Shown here piece by piece: positions 18,123 to 26,920 of a stretch of DNA of 57,193 nt. A program made the position numbers and the translations under genes. The notes under the pieces are model-generated. The model ran no database searches, had not been told where the DNA came from, and saw nothing but the letters and a program-made list of their open reading frames with translations. Every line of letters begins with the position of its first letter. Position 1 is the stretch's first letter. Source of the stretch: Candidatus Alloscybalousia intestinigallinarum (GTDB taxonomy: Bacteria > Bacillota_I > Bacilli_A > RF39 > UBA660); the NCBI GenBank assembly GCA_018716115.1, contig DVKF01000040.1, positions 1 through 57,193 on the forward strand, read 5' to 3'.

Positions 18123-19199
18123 CTATTCGATCGTTAAAGTTTTACCTAATGGTTGAATTTCTACATAAGTATTTCCATCATTAAGCTCAATTTCAGTACC
18201 ATCTAGATAACGATAAATCGTTTTTTCTCCTCTACTCTTCTTTTCCCAAGTAATTTCGACTGCTTGCCCGTTAGTAATATAGTAACCTTTACCACTGCCA
18301 ATATTCTCTAATGCTTGGCGACCATAACTATCTAAACTATAATTTCTCACTTGATAAGTAATAATATTTTTCGTTGTATACTGATTACCCGTTACATAAT
18401 CTTTATGAGCAACTCCATTTTGACTACGCAAGTATACTTTATTAACTGGATCATAATCAAAACTAGTATTACGACTTCCCGAATATTCAAGATAGACACG
18501 GTTAGCTGGCATCACTGTACCATGTGCGGCTAAGTCTACTTCAAGCGCACTATAATGGAAAACAGGTGAACTCTCAGTAGTTGTTCGATAGCCCTTTTTA
18601 GAGACTTGTTGATTGATGTTTTCCATCGAAGTAAAAGCAGTATGCTCGGTAGCAAGTCCTAATGATCGATCTCGCCAAAAACCACTATCATATAAGAAAT
18701 TTACATTTTGAATGCCTAAAGTACGAACATCTCGAAGAGCCTGATCACTACCACCAAAATGAATATATAAAGCATCATTTTCTAAGGCATAATCTAAGTA
18801 ATAAGGACGAGCACTTCGAACGGAACCAATTCGCTCTGGCATTTTATCTTTATAAACAGCCATCAAACGAGTATATCCCCCTTCGACAATCATCTCATAA
18901 ACTAAATACGCATCTTGTAATCCAGATTGATACCCCCATACAGTACGAATATTATTAATCATTACCGCAACATTACGACTCTTAGAATCTAAATCAATAA
19001 TTTGTACTTTGGGTACTTCTGGCTCAGGGGTAGCTTCAGGCGCTTCTGTTTTTACCTCTTCTTCCTGTTTATCGGCTAAATCCTTTTTACCCGTTCCAAA
19101 TACAAAAAACAATACGACAAGTGCAATCAATAAAACAACCAAAACACTCCACAAAATAATTTTCGTCTTTTTATTTAAATGAATCTTTATCTTCTTCAC
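18123..19199 (-). CDS. DUF3048-domain (YerB-like) membrane-anchored or secreted protein
   Basis: N-terminal TM. Motifs VAVMINNIRTVWGYQSGLQDAYLVYEMIVEGGYTRLMAVY and RSARPYY are typical of DUF3048. GTG start after AGGAGTG. Confidence 0.7.
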   Translation of the reverse strand: MKKIKIHLNKKTKIILWSVLVVLLIALVVLFFVFGTGKKDLADKQEEEVKTEAPEATPEPEVPKVQIIDLDSKSRNVAVMINNIRTVWGYQSGLQDAYLVYEMIVEGGYTRLMAVYKDKMPERIGSVRSARPYYLDYALENDALYIHFGGSDQALRDVRTLGIQNVNFLYDSGFWRDRSLGLATEHTAFTSMENINQQVSKKGYRTTTESSPVFHYSALEVDLAAHGTVMPANRVYLEYSGSRNTSFDYDPVNKVYLRSQNGVAHKDYVTGNQYTTKNIITYQVRNYSLDSYGRQALENIGSGKGYYITNGQAVEITWEKKSRGEKTIYRYLDGTEIELNDGNTYVEIQPLGKTLTIE

Positions 19200-19356
19200 G
19201 ACTGATCACTCCTACTACTATCTTATGTCCATTATAACATACTTTAAAAATATCTAGTAGACATTTTCAATAATCAACAATCTTCAAAAACAAAAATATA
19301 TTTTTTTAGGACAACTATGGTATACTATCACACTCAATAATAAATTACCCTAACAC

Positions 19357-20307
19357 TTAACCATAAATTTTATCATTGATTTGTTTAACTAATTTTATCG
19401 TAGACTTTACCTCACTAGGCGTACGTCCGATAAAATCAGATATCGCATCAACCTGACAATTAGAGGGAAGATTGTACCTCTTAGCATGTAATACTCTACT
19501 TGTTGTGATTAACTTCTCATTTAACTCTTTTCTTCCAGATACATTTTCTCTAATTGCCTGCCCAATCATTTCAATTTCTTTCTTTGCTTCTTGTACTAAG
19601 GATACATTATCTTCTACTTCATCTATTTCGTCAAAAGGGTATAATCTTTCTACATCTTGTTCAAGTCGTAAAGAGATTGGCATCATCATTTTTCCTAACA
19701 AACAAAAATCATAACCGACAGAAAGATCAAAATAATTGAGTATCGACATCATCGTCTGCATTCTAATATTGATATCTTTACTTTGAAAATTAGGATTTTC
19801 TTGATAAAACACTTTATAGATTTCAATCATTCGCTTAGAGTTTTCATCAAGAATAATTTTCTTCACTCTAGTTAAATCATGAATACGATCTATCGCACTA
19901 ACTAACTCTTTAGAAACGGTTTGGACAGTCGAATAGTCCTCTAAATCACGATAATTATCTTTTATCTGCAAGCCACCATGATTAGGCATGTATGTGATTT
20001 CTAGAGTTTTATCCTTTCTTTGTTTTTGATAAAAGTACAAATTCGTACAATCGTATTTTACCATTTCTAAAGTATTTTCATCTTCATAAGAAACAACTAA
20101 ACTCTTCTCCTCGATAGAATCTAATATTGTTCTAATCATCATAATATTTTTTAACATATCATTACGACATTTTGCATGGATAAATTCTTCTAACTCATTA
20201 TCAAGTTGACTAATGTCGATATCTTGATGGCGAGTTAACCCTTCATATCTAACTTCTATATTTCGTGTTACAGATTTTGAAACCTTTGTTATACTGACCT
20301 TTTGCAT
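19357..20307 (-). CDS. Hypothetical 316-aa protein; the C-terminal half is weakly SocA/Panacea (DUF4065)/YwgA-like
   Basis: SD GAGGAGAG. No clear family. Segment NIRMQTMMSILNYFDLSVGYDFCLLGKMMMPISLRLEQDV resembles by eye the KL.KLLY...Y.F..Y.YGP.S..L..D pattern. Confidence 0.6.
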   Translation of the reverse strand: MQKVSITKVSKSVTRNIEVRYEGLTRHQDIDISQLDNELEEFIHAKCRNDMLKNIMMIRTILDSIEEKSLVVSYEDENTLEMVKYDCTNLYFYQKQRKDKTLEITYMPNHGGLQIKDNYRDLEDYSTVQTVSKELVSAIDRIHDLTRVKKIILDENSKRMIEIYKVFYQENPNFQSKDINIRMQTMMSILNYFDLSVGYDFCLLGKMMMPISLRLEQDVERLYPFDEIDEVEDNVSLVQEAKKEIEMIGQAIRENVSGRKELNEKLITTSRVLHAKRYNLPSNCQVDAISDFIGRTPSEVKSTIKLVKQINDKIYG

Positions 20308-20395
20308 AAAATTCTCTCCTCTTCTTAATATAAGAATAACATTTTTTAATTCAACAAAAAGATAGCTAAGACAAGTTAACCACTTACAAAAGTAA

Positions 20396-21685
20396 TTAAG
20401 TTAACTGTTTTACTATCTGTTTAGGTTTTTCGGTTGACGTATTGTTTTCCATTAACATAGAAACAGATTCTAACGTTTGATCTTGTTTTAAATTTTCCAT
20501 TAATTGTTGTTGCTTATCAAGATCAAGCTGTTTAAATTCTTCATAAGGCATACCCACTAATTCATGAAAAGTAGCCATCAATGATTGTTTAGACACATGT
20601 TCTTCAGTAGATAATAATGTTTCTTTCTTATCATCACTTTGAACCTTAGTCCTTTGCATACCCTCCGTATGAGAAATATTTTCTTGGTGATTAAGTTGAT
20701 CTAATCTATTTTGCGTAATAGCTAGTTCATAAGTCCAATGACAAAGATTTTTGAATAAACGATTACGATTAAGTTCTATATCATCGTTTTCCTCATGAAT
20801 TGTAGAAACTTTATGGTCTTCTAACTCAAGATTTAGCGTTTCAAAAACATCTTCACTAACTTTTACCTTTTTTCCTACGTGAACCGTACCAGCTATCGCT
20901 AGTGGAATACTAGGAATCAAAAAAGAAAGTAAAAGTTCTAACAAGCTAATCGATACTCCACCTAAGGAAACAGAAATTAATGAAGGAATAGGAAAAAATA
21001 GACAAGAAGCCAAAAGTGGAGAAAACGGAGAATTTCCTAAAGTAGCCATCCACTTTCCAATCTTTGTTTTTTTTCTTACATGAGAAAAATTCTTCATTAA
21101 AACATCTTGAGTAATCAATCTATCTAAATCTTCCTGAGCTTCTATTATCTTTTTTTCTAATTGTTCCACGTTTTCTGTTAACTCTTCTTTGGTTAGCTCT
21201 CTCTTTTCACTCACATCATACTTAGATAAAGCCAGTTGATAAAAAGCTTCCTCTTCCGTTAATCGTTCTTTTACTCTACCGAGAAGCGTTCTTTTATGTT
21301 TCAATTTTTCTATTTCGATATCGTATTTTGTTTTCTCTTCTAAACACTCTTTTGAATTCGTCAATCCAACTTCTTTCTCAAACTTTTTAGAAAGCTTTCT
21401 ACCAAGTGGAAATAATTTTGAAAGAATAACCCCACTACCTAACCACGTACCTACGACAAAAGGACTAACTAAAACAAAAGGAAAACTCCCTAGTGTTAAT
21501 AAGATATTCATTCCTGACCAAGAAACAGCCACCGGTATTATTCCATAACCAAGAGCAGAAAATAATTTTTGATCAGAAGAATTAAGTTCAATTAATCTCG
21601 ATTTCTCTTCTAATTGAGCAAGTGTATCTAAGCTCTTATCCTGTGACTCTTCGAAGTTACTAATTATCTTTTCGTAATCTATCAT
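20396..21685 (-). CDS. Hypothetical 429-aa membrane protein: two TM hairpins, each followed by a long charged coiled-coil-like segment
   Basis: SD GGGGGA. Hydrophobic blocks at residues ~45-95 and ~215-270. Heptad-rich E/K stretches at ~100-210 and ~275-429. Confidence 0.65.
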   Translation of the reverse strand: MIDYEKIISNFEESQDKSLDTLAQLEEKSRLIELNSSDQKLFSALGYGIIPVAVSWSGMNILLTLGSFPFVLVSPFVVGTWLGSGVILSKLFPLGRKLSKKFEKEVGLTNSKECLEEKTKYDIEIEKLKHKRTLLGRVKERLTEEEAFYQLALSKYDVSEKRELTKEELTENVEQLEKKIIEAQEDLDRLITQDVLMKNFSHVRKKTKIGKWMATLGNSPFSPLLASCLFFPIPSLISVSLGGVSISLLELLLSFLIPSIPLAIAGTVHVGKKVKVSEDVFETLNLELEDHKVSTIHEENDDIELNRNRLFKNLCHWTYELAITQNRLDQLNHQENISHTEGMQRTKVQSDDKKETLLSTEEHVSKQSLMATFHELVGMPYEEFKQLDLDKQQQLMENLKQDQTLESVSMLMENNTSTEKPKQIVKQLT

Positions 21686-21871
21686 TTTTCCCCCATTAAA
21701 TCATTAGTTATTTTTTTAAACAAATATTTCTATTAGAAATAATTTTATATTACCACTAAGCAAAAGAAAAAACAATATTATTCTTATGAATAATAATTCT
21801 GAAACAATGCCATACATCGATTGTTCTTAAACGCTATCTACCACTCTTCGTAAAAAGAATAAGAAAAGAAC

Positions 21872-21898
21872 AAAAAAAACGAGTCACACTAGAACTCG
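21872..21898 (-). terminator. Rho-independent terminator after paralog 1
   Basis: Minus strand reads CGAGT-TCTAGTGTG-ACTCG followed by T8 (A-run at 21872..21879 on the plus strand). Confidence 0.55.
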
Positions 21899-21911
21899 AT
21901 AAATACAAATT

Positions 21912-22445
21912 TTATAAATGTTTGGTTAAAATATTAGGTTTAAAAGAAGAAAGTACATCTCCATCATAAACAAAAGTCCCAGTTGACTCACGATGAATCA
22001 TATTCAAGTATTGCAATTTTCCAGCATATAATTCTAAGTTCAATTGATCTTTATCTACAATATAATTAGATACAGTACTAGTATATTCAGTAATGGTAAT
22101 GGTAATAGGTCCAAACCCTGAAGTATCTATTAAAGTCCTAATTCCATAGCTATATTTTCCTATATCCAATATCCTCTTTATTGGTATTTTCTCAGTATTA
22201 GAATAAGAATAACAGTTACTCAAAGTAAATCCCCTTTTCTTAGCATATTCTAATAAGGCTTTAGTCTTTTTCAATACAGTTTCTTTTTCCAAAGCGTCAG
22301 GATACTTTTCTAATAACAAATTGAATTGCCCTAAAAGAATTTCTAATTCTTTCTCAAAGTCAGATGAAGTACGACAACGCACCCAAGGGATCCAATTAAT
22401 CAATTGATTTTCTTTATTTGCAAAATTTACTATTCTTTCTCTCAC
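21912..22445 (-). CDS. Hypothetical protein, paralog 1 of a tandem pair (~177 aa)
   Basis: Preferred start is GTG at 22445 after GAAGGAGAGGTCATT, identical in context to paralog 2 (ORF track extends to 22499). Shares RIVNFAN.ENQLI.W, LLEKYPDAL, GFTLSNCYSY, YGIRTL.D and KPNILTKHL with paralog 2. Confidence 0.65.
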   Translation of the reverse strand: MRERIVNFANKENQLINWIPWVRCRTSSDFEKELEILLGQFNLLLEKYPDALEKETVLKKTKALLEYAKKRGFTLSNCYSYSNTEKIPIKRILDIGKYSYGIRTLIDTSGFGPITITITEYTSTVSNYIVDKDQLNLELYAGKLQYLNMIHRESTGTFVYDGDVLSSFKPNILTKHL

Positions 22446-22619
22446 AATGACCTCTCCTTCATAAGCGATTAGTTTAACACAATTCTTTGCGTTGTACAAG
22501 AAAAAAGTTTAACCTTACCAGTCCTCCAATATATAATTTTGTTTTTTGAAAAGGAATATCTGTTTCAAAAAGCTTTACGAAAAAAAACGAGTCACACTAG
22601 AACCCGCTAAATACAAATT

Positions 22620-23189
22620 TTATAAATGTTTGGTTAAAATATTAGGTTTTACATAGGAAAGAACTTCTTCTTCACTATAGAAAATACCTGATGGATCCCG
22701 CTGAACCATTTCCGAATACCCTATTGTATTATTCTCTAATTTTAAACTCAATTGATCTTTATCATAGATAACACCAGATGCGGTACTAGCATATCCAGTT
22801 ATAACAATACTTTTATTACCTTCAATATCCACTAACGTTCTAATTCCGTAGGTCGTCTTTTTAACGTCTCTAAACAAAGCATTATCCTTTGTTTCCTCAT
22901 GAAAATAAGAATAACAATTACTTAAAGTAAAGCCATTTCTCTTAGCATATTCCACTAAAGCTTTCGTTTTTCTCAACATTGTTTCTTCTTTTAACGCATC
23001 AGGATACTTTTCTAATAACAAATTTAATTGGGCTAACAATTTTTCTAAATCATGCTGAATACCAGTTGCATGATCATATTTAATTCCTATAGGGCTTTTT
23101 AAAAAACCAACAGTAAAAAAATGTTTACCTTCCTTCCAGTCAATCAATTGATTTTCTCTATTTGCAAAATTTACTATTCTTTCTGTCAC
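22620..23189 (-). CDS. Hypothetical protein, paralog 2 of the tandem pair (189 aa)
   Basis: GTG start after GAAGGAGAGGTCATT. See paralog 1. Followed by a degenerate copy of the terminator (22580..22606). Confidence 0.65.
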   Translation of the reverse strand: MTERIVNFANRENQLIDWKEGKHFFTVGFLKSPIGIKYDHATGIQHDLEKLLAQLNLLLEKYPDALKEETMLRKTKALVEYAKRNGFTLSNCYSYFHEETKDNALFRDVKKTTYGIRTLVDIEGNKSIVITGYASTASGVIYDKDQLSLKLENNTIGYSEMVQRDPSGIFYSEEEVLSYVKPNILTKHL

Positions 23190-23304
23190 AATGACCTCTC
23201 CTTCATAAACATCTACTTTATCATACTCTTCTATTTAACGCAAGAAAAAATTAACTATGCATAATCCAAGGTAAGGAAAAGTATCGGACAATATCTGCCT
23301 ATTT

Positions 23305-23817
23305 CTATAATTCTTTTCGCATAATATAACGGATCTTTCCTCCATACATAAGTTTCTTTTTATACTTCTGATAACCTATATGTTCTAAACTGTGAAAACT
23401 TGCTAAATTATCAGGATGAACTGTCGCATAAGAATAGCGAATAGTAGGCTTTTTCTTCTTTAAAATAGACTCCGCTTCTAAAATCATTTTTTGTTCTAAA
23501 TGATTTCCTCTATATAAAGGAAGAACCCCTGCGTTATCCATTTCAATAGAAAAAGGGATTTCTTCTTTTGGTATTTCCCTCGCTATTTCACCATCTGGAT
23601 CTATATGATCCTCCACCAACAAAAATCCGGCTAAATCACCCTGATATAAGGCTTTAATTATCACCATTCCACCATTAAACATCTCTACTAGCTTATCGTA
23701 ATTCGCTAAACCAATCGCATACCACTCTTTATTTTCTAATAAATCATAAAGATACTTAATCGTATCGATTATTTTCTCTATATCTAAGATATTTCCTTCT
23801 TGAATCGTAAAATGCAT
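23305..23817 (-). CDS. GNAT-family N-acetyltransferase
   Basis: 170 aa. Acetyl-CoA binding region VLPLYRGNHLEQKMILEAE (Q/R-x-x-G-x-G/A-like) and C-terminal N..A...YE..GF-like NLASFHSLEHIGY. Confidence 0.75.
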   Translation of the reverse strand: MHFTIQEGNILDIEKIIDTIKYLYDLLENKEWYAIGLANYDKLVEMFNGGMVIIKALYQGDLAGFLLVEDHIDPDGEIAREIPKEEIPFSIEMDNAGVLPLYRGNHLEQKMILEAESILKKKKPTIRYSYATVHPDNLASFHSLEHIGYQKYKKKLMYGGKIRYIMRKEL

Positions 23818-24149
23818 AGCCTACCTCCCACTTTTAGTATCATTTCATTCTAGCTTAAACAATAACTAGTATATACTTTTTATTCTAGTCTTTTAAATCT
23901 CATTGTTTATCCTAAATAATATCCATAAATAGTATAATATATTTTTCCGCCATTTCAAATGAATTTTCTATAATACTCCATACAACTAAATACTATCCTT
24001 TTATCATAATTAGAATTAAAAGGATAACATTATTAGAAATAGAATTAAAAAACAGAATAAAAATAATCAACATCGCCACTCCATAAATACTTATAACTTT
24101 GTTGATTTCCACACTTAATATACATATACATGTACTAGGAGGAAATTCA

Positions 24150-25040
24150 ATGAATCAAAATGATTATGTAAGATTATCTTTAGAGTTACACTTATTTTTC
24201 GATCGCATCATGAAAGAACACAGTTTCTTTTTAGAAACCGCTTTTACAGATAAAAATAAAAACTTTAAAAATATCGCTAGAGACTTTCAACAAAACTTTT
24301 CCATTTTACTAGCAGAAATCACAAATCTAGCCAACAATAATGTAAGTGAAGAATTTCTAATGGCTAACGAAATGATTACTAAAAATACACTAGAAGCAGA
24401 AAGAAAAACAAGTGATCTATCAGAAGTACCAATCGATACAAATATTACCCAGAAACAACAATTAAAAAGTGGGATAACAGATGTTAATCGACAATTAGTA
24501 AATACCATTAGTAATATCAATCAACAGACACTACCACTCATTAAAAATTTAATAGAATTTAAAACCGATATATTAAATAGTGTTTTATCTTGTAAAATGT
24601 ATACAACCAATTACCCATTATTAATAGAACACATCATCCATGAAGCCAAAATGTATTATAATCTACTAACTAAAATAGAAAATAGACAAATTTTTGATAA
24701 AAACTACATCTATGAACAAGAATTATTCTGGAACAATATCATGAAAGAACATGCGGAATTTATTAGAGGATTACTTGACCCTACAGAAAAAGAATTAATT
24801 TTCACTGCCAATAAATACGCCCAAGAATATGAAGTGATGATTCAACAAGCGAGTAACTATCCTACTAATCTTACCAATCTTAGTTTAAATGAAACAATTA
24901 ATTTTAGAGACTTTAAAATAGTGGGAGAAGAAGGAATACTAAATTGTAAAATTAGAAGTATAATTGTTCCACTTCTAGCTGATCATGTTTTAAGAGAAGC
25001 TAATCATTTTATTAGAATATTAAGAAATGTGAAAAGATAA
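24150..25040 (+). CDS. DUF2935-like helical protein with two internal repeats
   Basis: Preferred ATG at 24150 after TAGGAGGAAATTCA. Two repeat signatures: LHLFFDRIMKEHSFFLE and ELFWNNIMKEHAEFIRGLLDP. Confidence 0.5.
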   Translation: MNQNDYVRLSLELHLFFDRIMKEHSFFLETAFTDKNKNFKNIARDFQQNFSILLAEITNLANNNVSEEFLMANEMITKNTLEAERKTSDLSEVPIDTNITQKQQLKSGITDVNRQLVNTISNINQQTLPLIKNLIEFKTDILNSVLSCKMYTTNYPLLIEHIIHEAKMYYNLLTKIENRQIFDKNYIYEQELFWNNIMKEHAEFIRGLLDPTEKELIFTANKYAQEYEVMIQQASNYPTNLTNLSLNETINFRDFKIVGEEGILNCKIRSIIVPLLADHVLREANHFIRILRNVKR

Positions 25041-25116
25041 AGATAAGTAAAAATTTCACCTCTCAGTCATTGTCCTCTATGACAAATATATAGAAAATTT
25101 TCTTCAATAGAAGAGA

Positions 25117-25149
25117 CCTTCCCGTATGATGAAAACAGGAAGCTTTTTA
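25117..25149 (+). terminator. Rho-independent terminator after the DUF2935-like gene
   Basis: CCTTCCCG...CAGGAAGC stem (25117..25143) followed by TTTTT. Confidence 0.6.
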
Positions 25150-25161
25150 TATGAAAATAAT

Positions 25162-25190
25162 TTGTCCATCAGCAACAAGCATGATATAAT
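25162..25190 (+). promoter_or_regulatory. Sigma-A-like promoter
   Basis: TTGTCC (25162..25167), a 17-nt spacer, then TATAAT (25185..25190). Confidence 0.5.
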
Positions 25191-25192
25191 CA

Positions 25193-26126
25193 ATGATTAA
25201 AGAAAGGACAAAATATGATAAACTGGCAAGAAAAATTAAAATTAAAAAACATAGGCAGGAGTTCGACCATTATCTTTTAACCTTTTCTAATGACTTCAAC
25301 CACCAAATAATGAAAGAACATTTTGAAATTGTCTTAGATAAGCTTATCTCTTTAGGAAAAGAATTGGGATTTACTAAACCAGTCCAGTAGAGTATCTATT
25401 ACTTACTTCTACTCTCATTCAATCGGGTGTTTTTTCACAAGGTTCTTTTGAATACGATCAATCAAATGGAGATATTATATCGTTTAAAAATGAGCAATAC
25501 CTCGCATACATTATATTTAATGGTTATGGAGTCTGTCGCCACATTGCCACCTTTTTACATCTTCTTTTAGATCGATTGATGATTACTAATTCGATTGTTC
25601 TTGCCGAAGGATATTCTGAAGAGAATAACCCTAATGAAGATTTAAAAAAAATTTGGATTGACCTTAATCGACGATTTCAAATTTGTCCTCCAAGCCATCA
25701 CATAGTAAACTATATTAACGATAATGGCTTAGAATATATCTTTGAATTTTCTATGCAGTATACAGGAGTACTTTCCTATGTCCATCAGCAATTATGTTAT
25801 CTTTTTTTACAGAAGCCGAAACTAACTCTTCCCTTTTAACCTTATACAATTGTACCAAAAAATTATTGCCGATATTTAATGCCAAAACAGATTGTGAAAC
25901 GATTCAGCCTTTAACCATAGAAGAACAAGTAGAAATGGCGACTGATTATGTAAATTCCAAAAAAACGATCCAAGAAAAAAATGACATCATCATGCGTTTT
26001 TACCAAGATATTCAGATCGATTGTCAAAAGATTCGAGATATCTATCAACAAATATTAGAAATAGAAAATTTATTTCAAGAAAATTATGCTGCTTCCTGCA
26101 CATATTCTAAAAAGAAAAGAAAATAA
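25193..26126 (+). pseudogene. Frameshifted transglutaminase-like / papain-fold cysteine peptidase-domain gene (at least 2-3 frame changes)
   Basis: Three consecutive ORFs in three different frames (25193..25390, open frame 25378..25839, 25794..26126). The middle frame carries NGYGVCRHIATFLHLLLDRL and PSHHIVNYINDNG (Cys and His motifs). One junction sits in a T7 run near 25803..25810. Confidence 0.5.
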
Positions 26127-26160
26127 CTTTTTATCTATCATCAAAATCATTCTTTGTAAA

Positions 26161-26205
26161 CTTAAGATTTTCTTAAGAAATAATCATAATTTCCTATGAT
26201 ATAAT
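26161..26205 (+). promoter_or_regulatory. Putative response-regulator boxes and -10 element of the two-component system promoter
   Basis: Direct repeats of CTTAAGA at 26161..26167 and 26172..26178 (11-bp phasing), then AATTTCCTATGATATAAT with TATAAT at 26200..26205. Confidence 0.45.
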
Positions 26206-26221
26206 AAACAAAAAGGAAAGA

Positions 26222-26920
26222 ATGATCATTATGGCTAATATACTTATCGTCGACGATGAGCAAGAAATTGCTGATTTAATAGAAATCTATCTAAAAAATG
26301 AAAACTTTACCGTCTATAAATATTATTCTAGTAAAAAACTACTAGAAGACATCGATCATCTCACCATTGATCTTGCGATACTAGATGTCATGATGCCGGA
26401 AATAGACGGTTTTTCGCTATGTAAAAAAATTCGCGAGACCTATAACTTTCCGATTATCTTCGTGACCGCTAAAGTAGAAGATATCGATAAGATAGATGGC
26501 CTTACTATCGGTGGAGATGACTATGTTACTAAACCATTTCAACCATTAGAGTTAGTCGCTAGAGTAAAAGCACAATTACGAAGATATCAAAAATATAATT
26601 CTTCTAATCATCATCAAAATCGAATTGAATTTAGAGGATTAGTAATCGATAAAGATACTTATGAATGTAAATTAAATGAAAAAAAACTAAATCTAACCAA
26701 AACTGAATTTTCTATTCTTTGGATATTATGTGAAAATCGGGGAAAAGTAATAAAAAGCGAAGATTTATTTCTGATGATATGGAAAGAAAAATACTTTGAA
26801 AAAGACAATAATACCGTCATGGTACATATTAGGCATCTAAGAGAAAAAATGAAAGATAATGGTAAACAACCAAAATATATTAAAACTGTCTGGGGAGTGG
26901 GATATAAAATTGAAAAATAA
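26222..26920 (+). CDS. OmpR/PhoB-family response regulator (VanR-like)
   Basis: Receiver domain ILIVDDE...DLAILDVMMPEIDG...TAK. Winged-helix C-terminus LTKTEFSILWIL...TVMVHIRHLREKM...IKTVWGVGYK. The start could instead be the ATG at 26231. Confidence 0.9.
   Translation: MIIMANILIVDDEQEIADLIEIYLKNENFTVYKYYSSKKLLEDIDHLTIDLAILDVMMPEIDGFSLCKKIRETYNFPIIFVTAKVEDIDKIDGLTIGGDDYVTKPFQPLELVARVKAQLRRYQKYNSSNHHQNRIEFRGLVIDKDTYECKLNEKKLNLTKTEFSILWILCENRGKVIKSEDLFLMIWKEKYFEKDNNTVMVHIRHLREKMKDNGKQPKYIKTVWGVGYKIEK

Larger units (their letters stand above)
21872..23215 (-). repeat. Tandem duplication (~710-740 bp units) comprising SD, gene and terminator
   Basis: About 70 nt at the 3' ends (21872.. versus 22580..) and about 75 nt at the 5' ends (22395..22470 versus 23140..23215) are near-identical. 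Interiors are diverged. Confidence 0.75.

Noticed and set aside
23818-24149. The 330-bp AT-rich gap with a repeated tagaattaaaa motif, considered as a regulatory array or small RNA.
   Set aside because: There are only two short, imperfect copies in very AT-rich DNA, and no associated hairpin or terminator. The evidence is insufficient.
25193-26126. The three small ORFs considered as independent genes.
   Set aside because: They abut or overlap in three frames. The middle frame is open upstream of its only (TTG) start, and together they reconstruct one peptidase-like protein. A pseudogene or phase-variable gene is the more economical reading.
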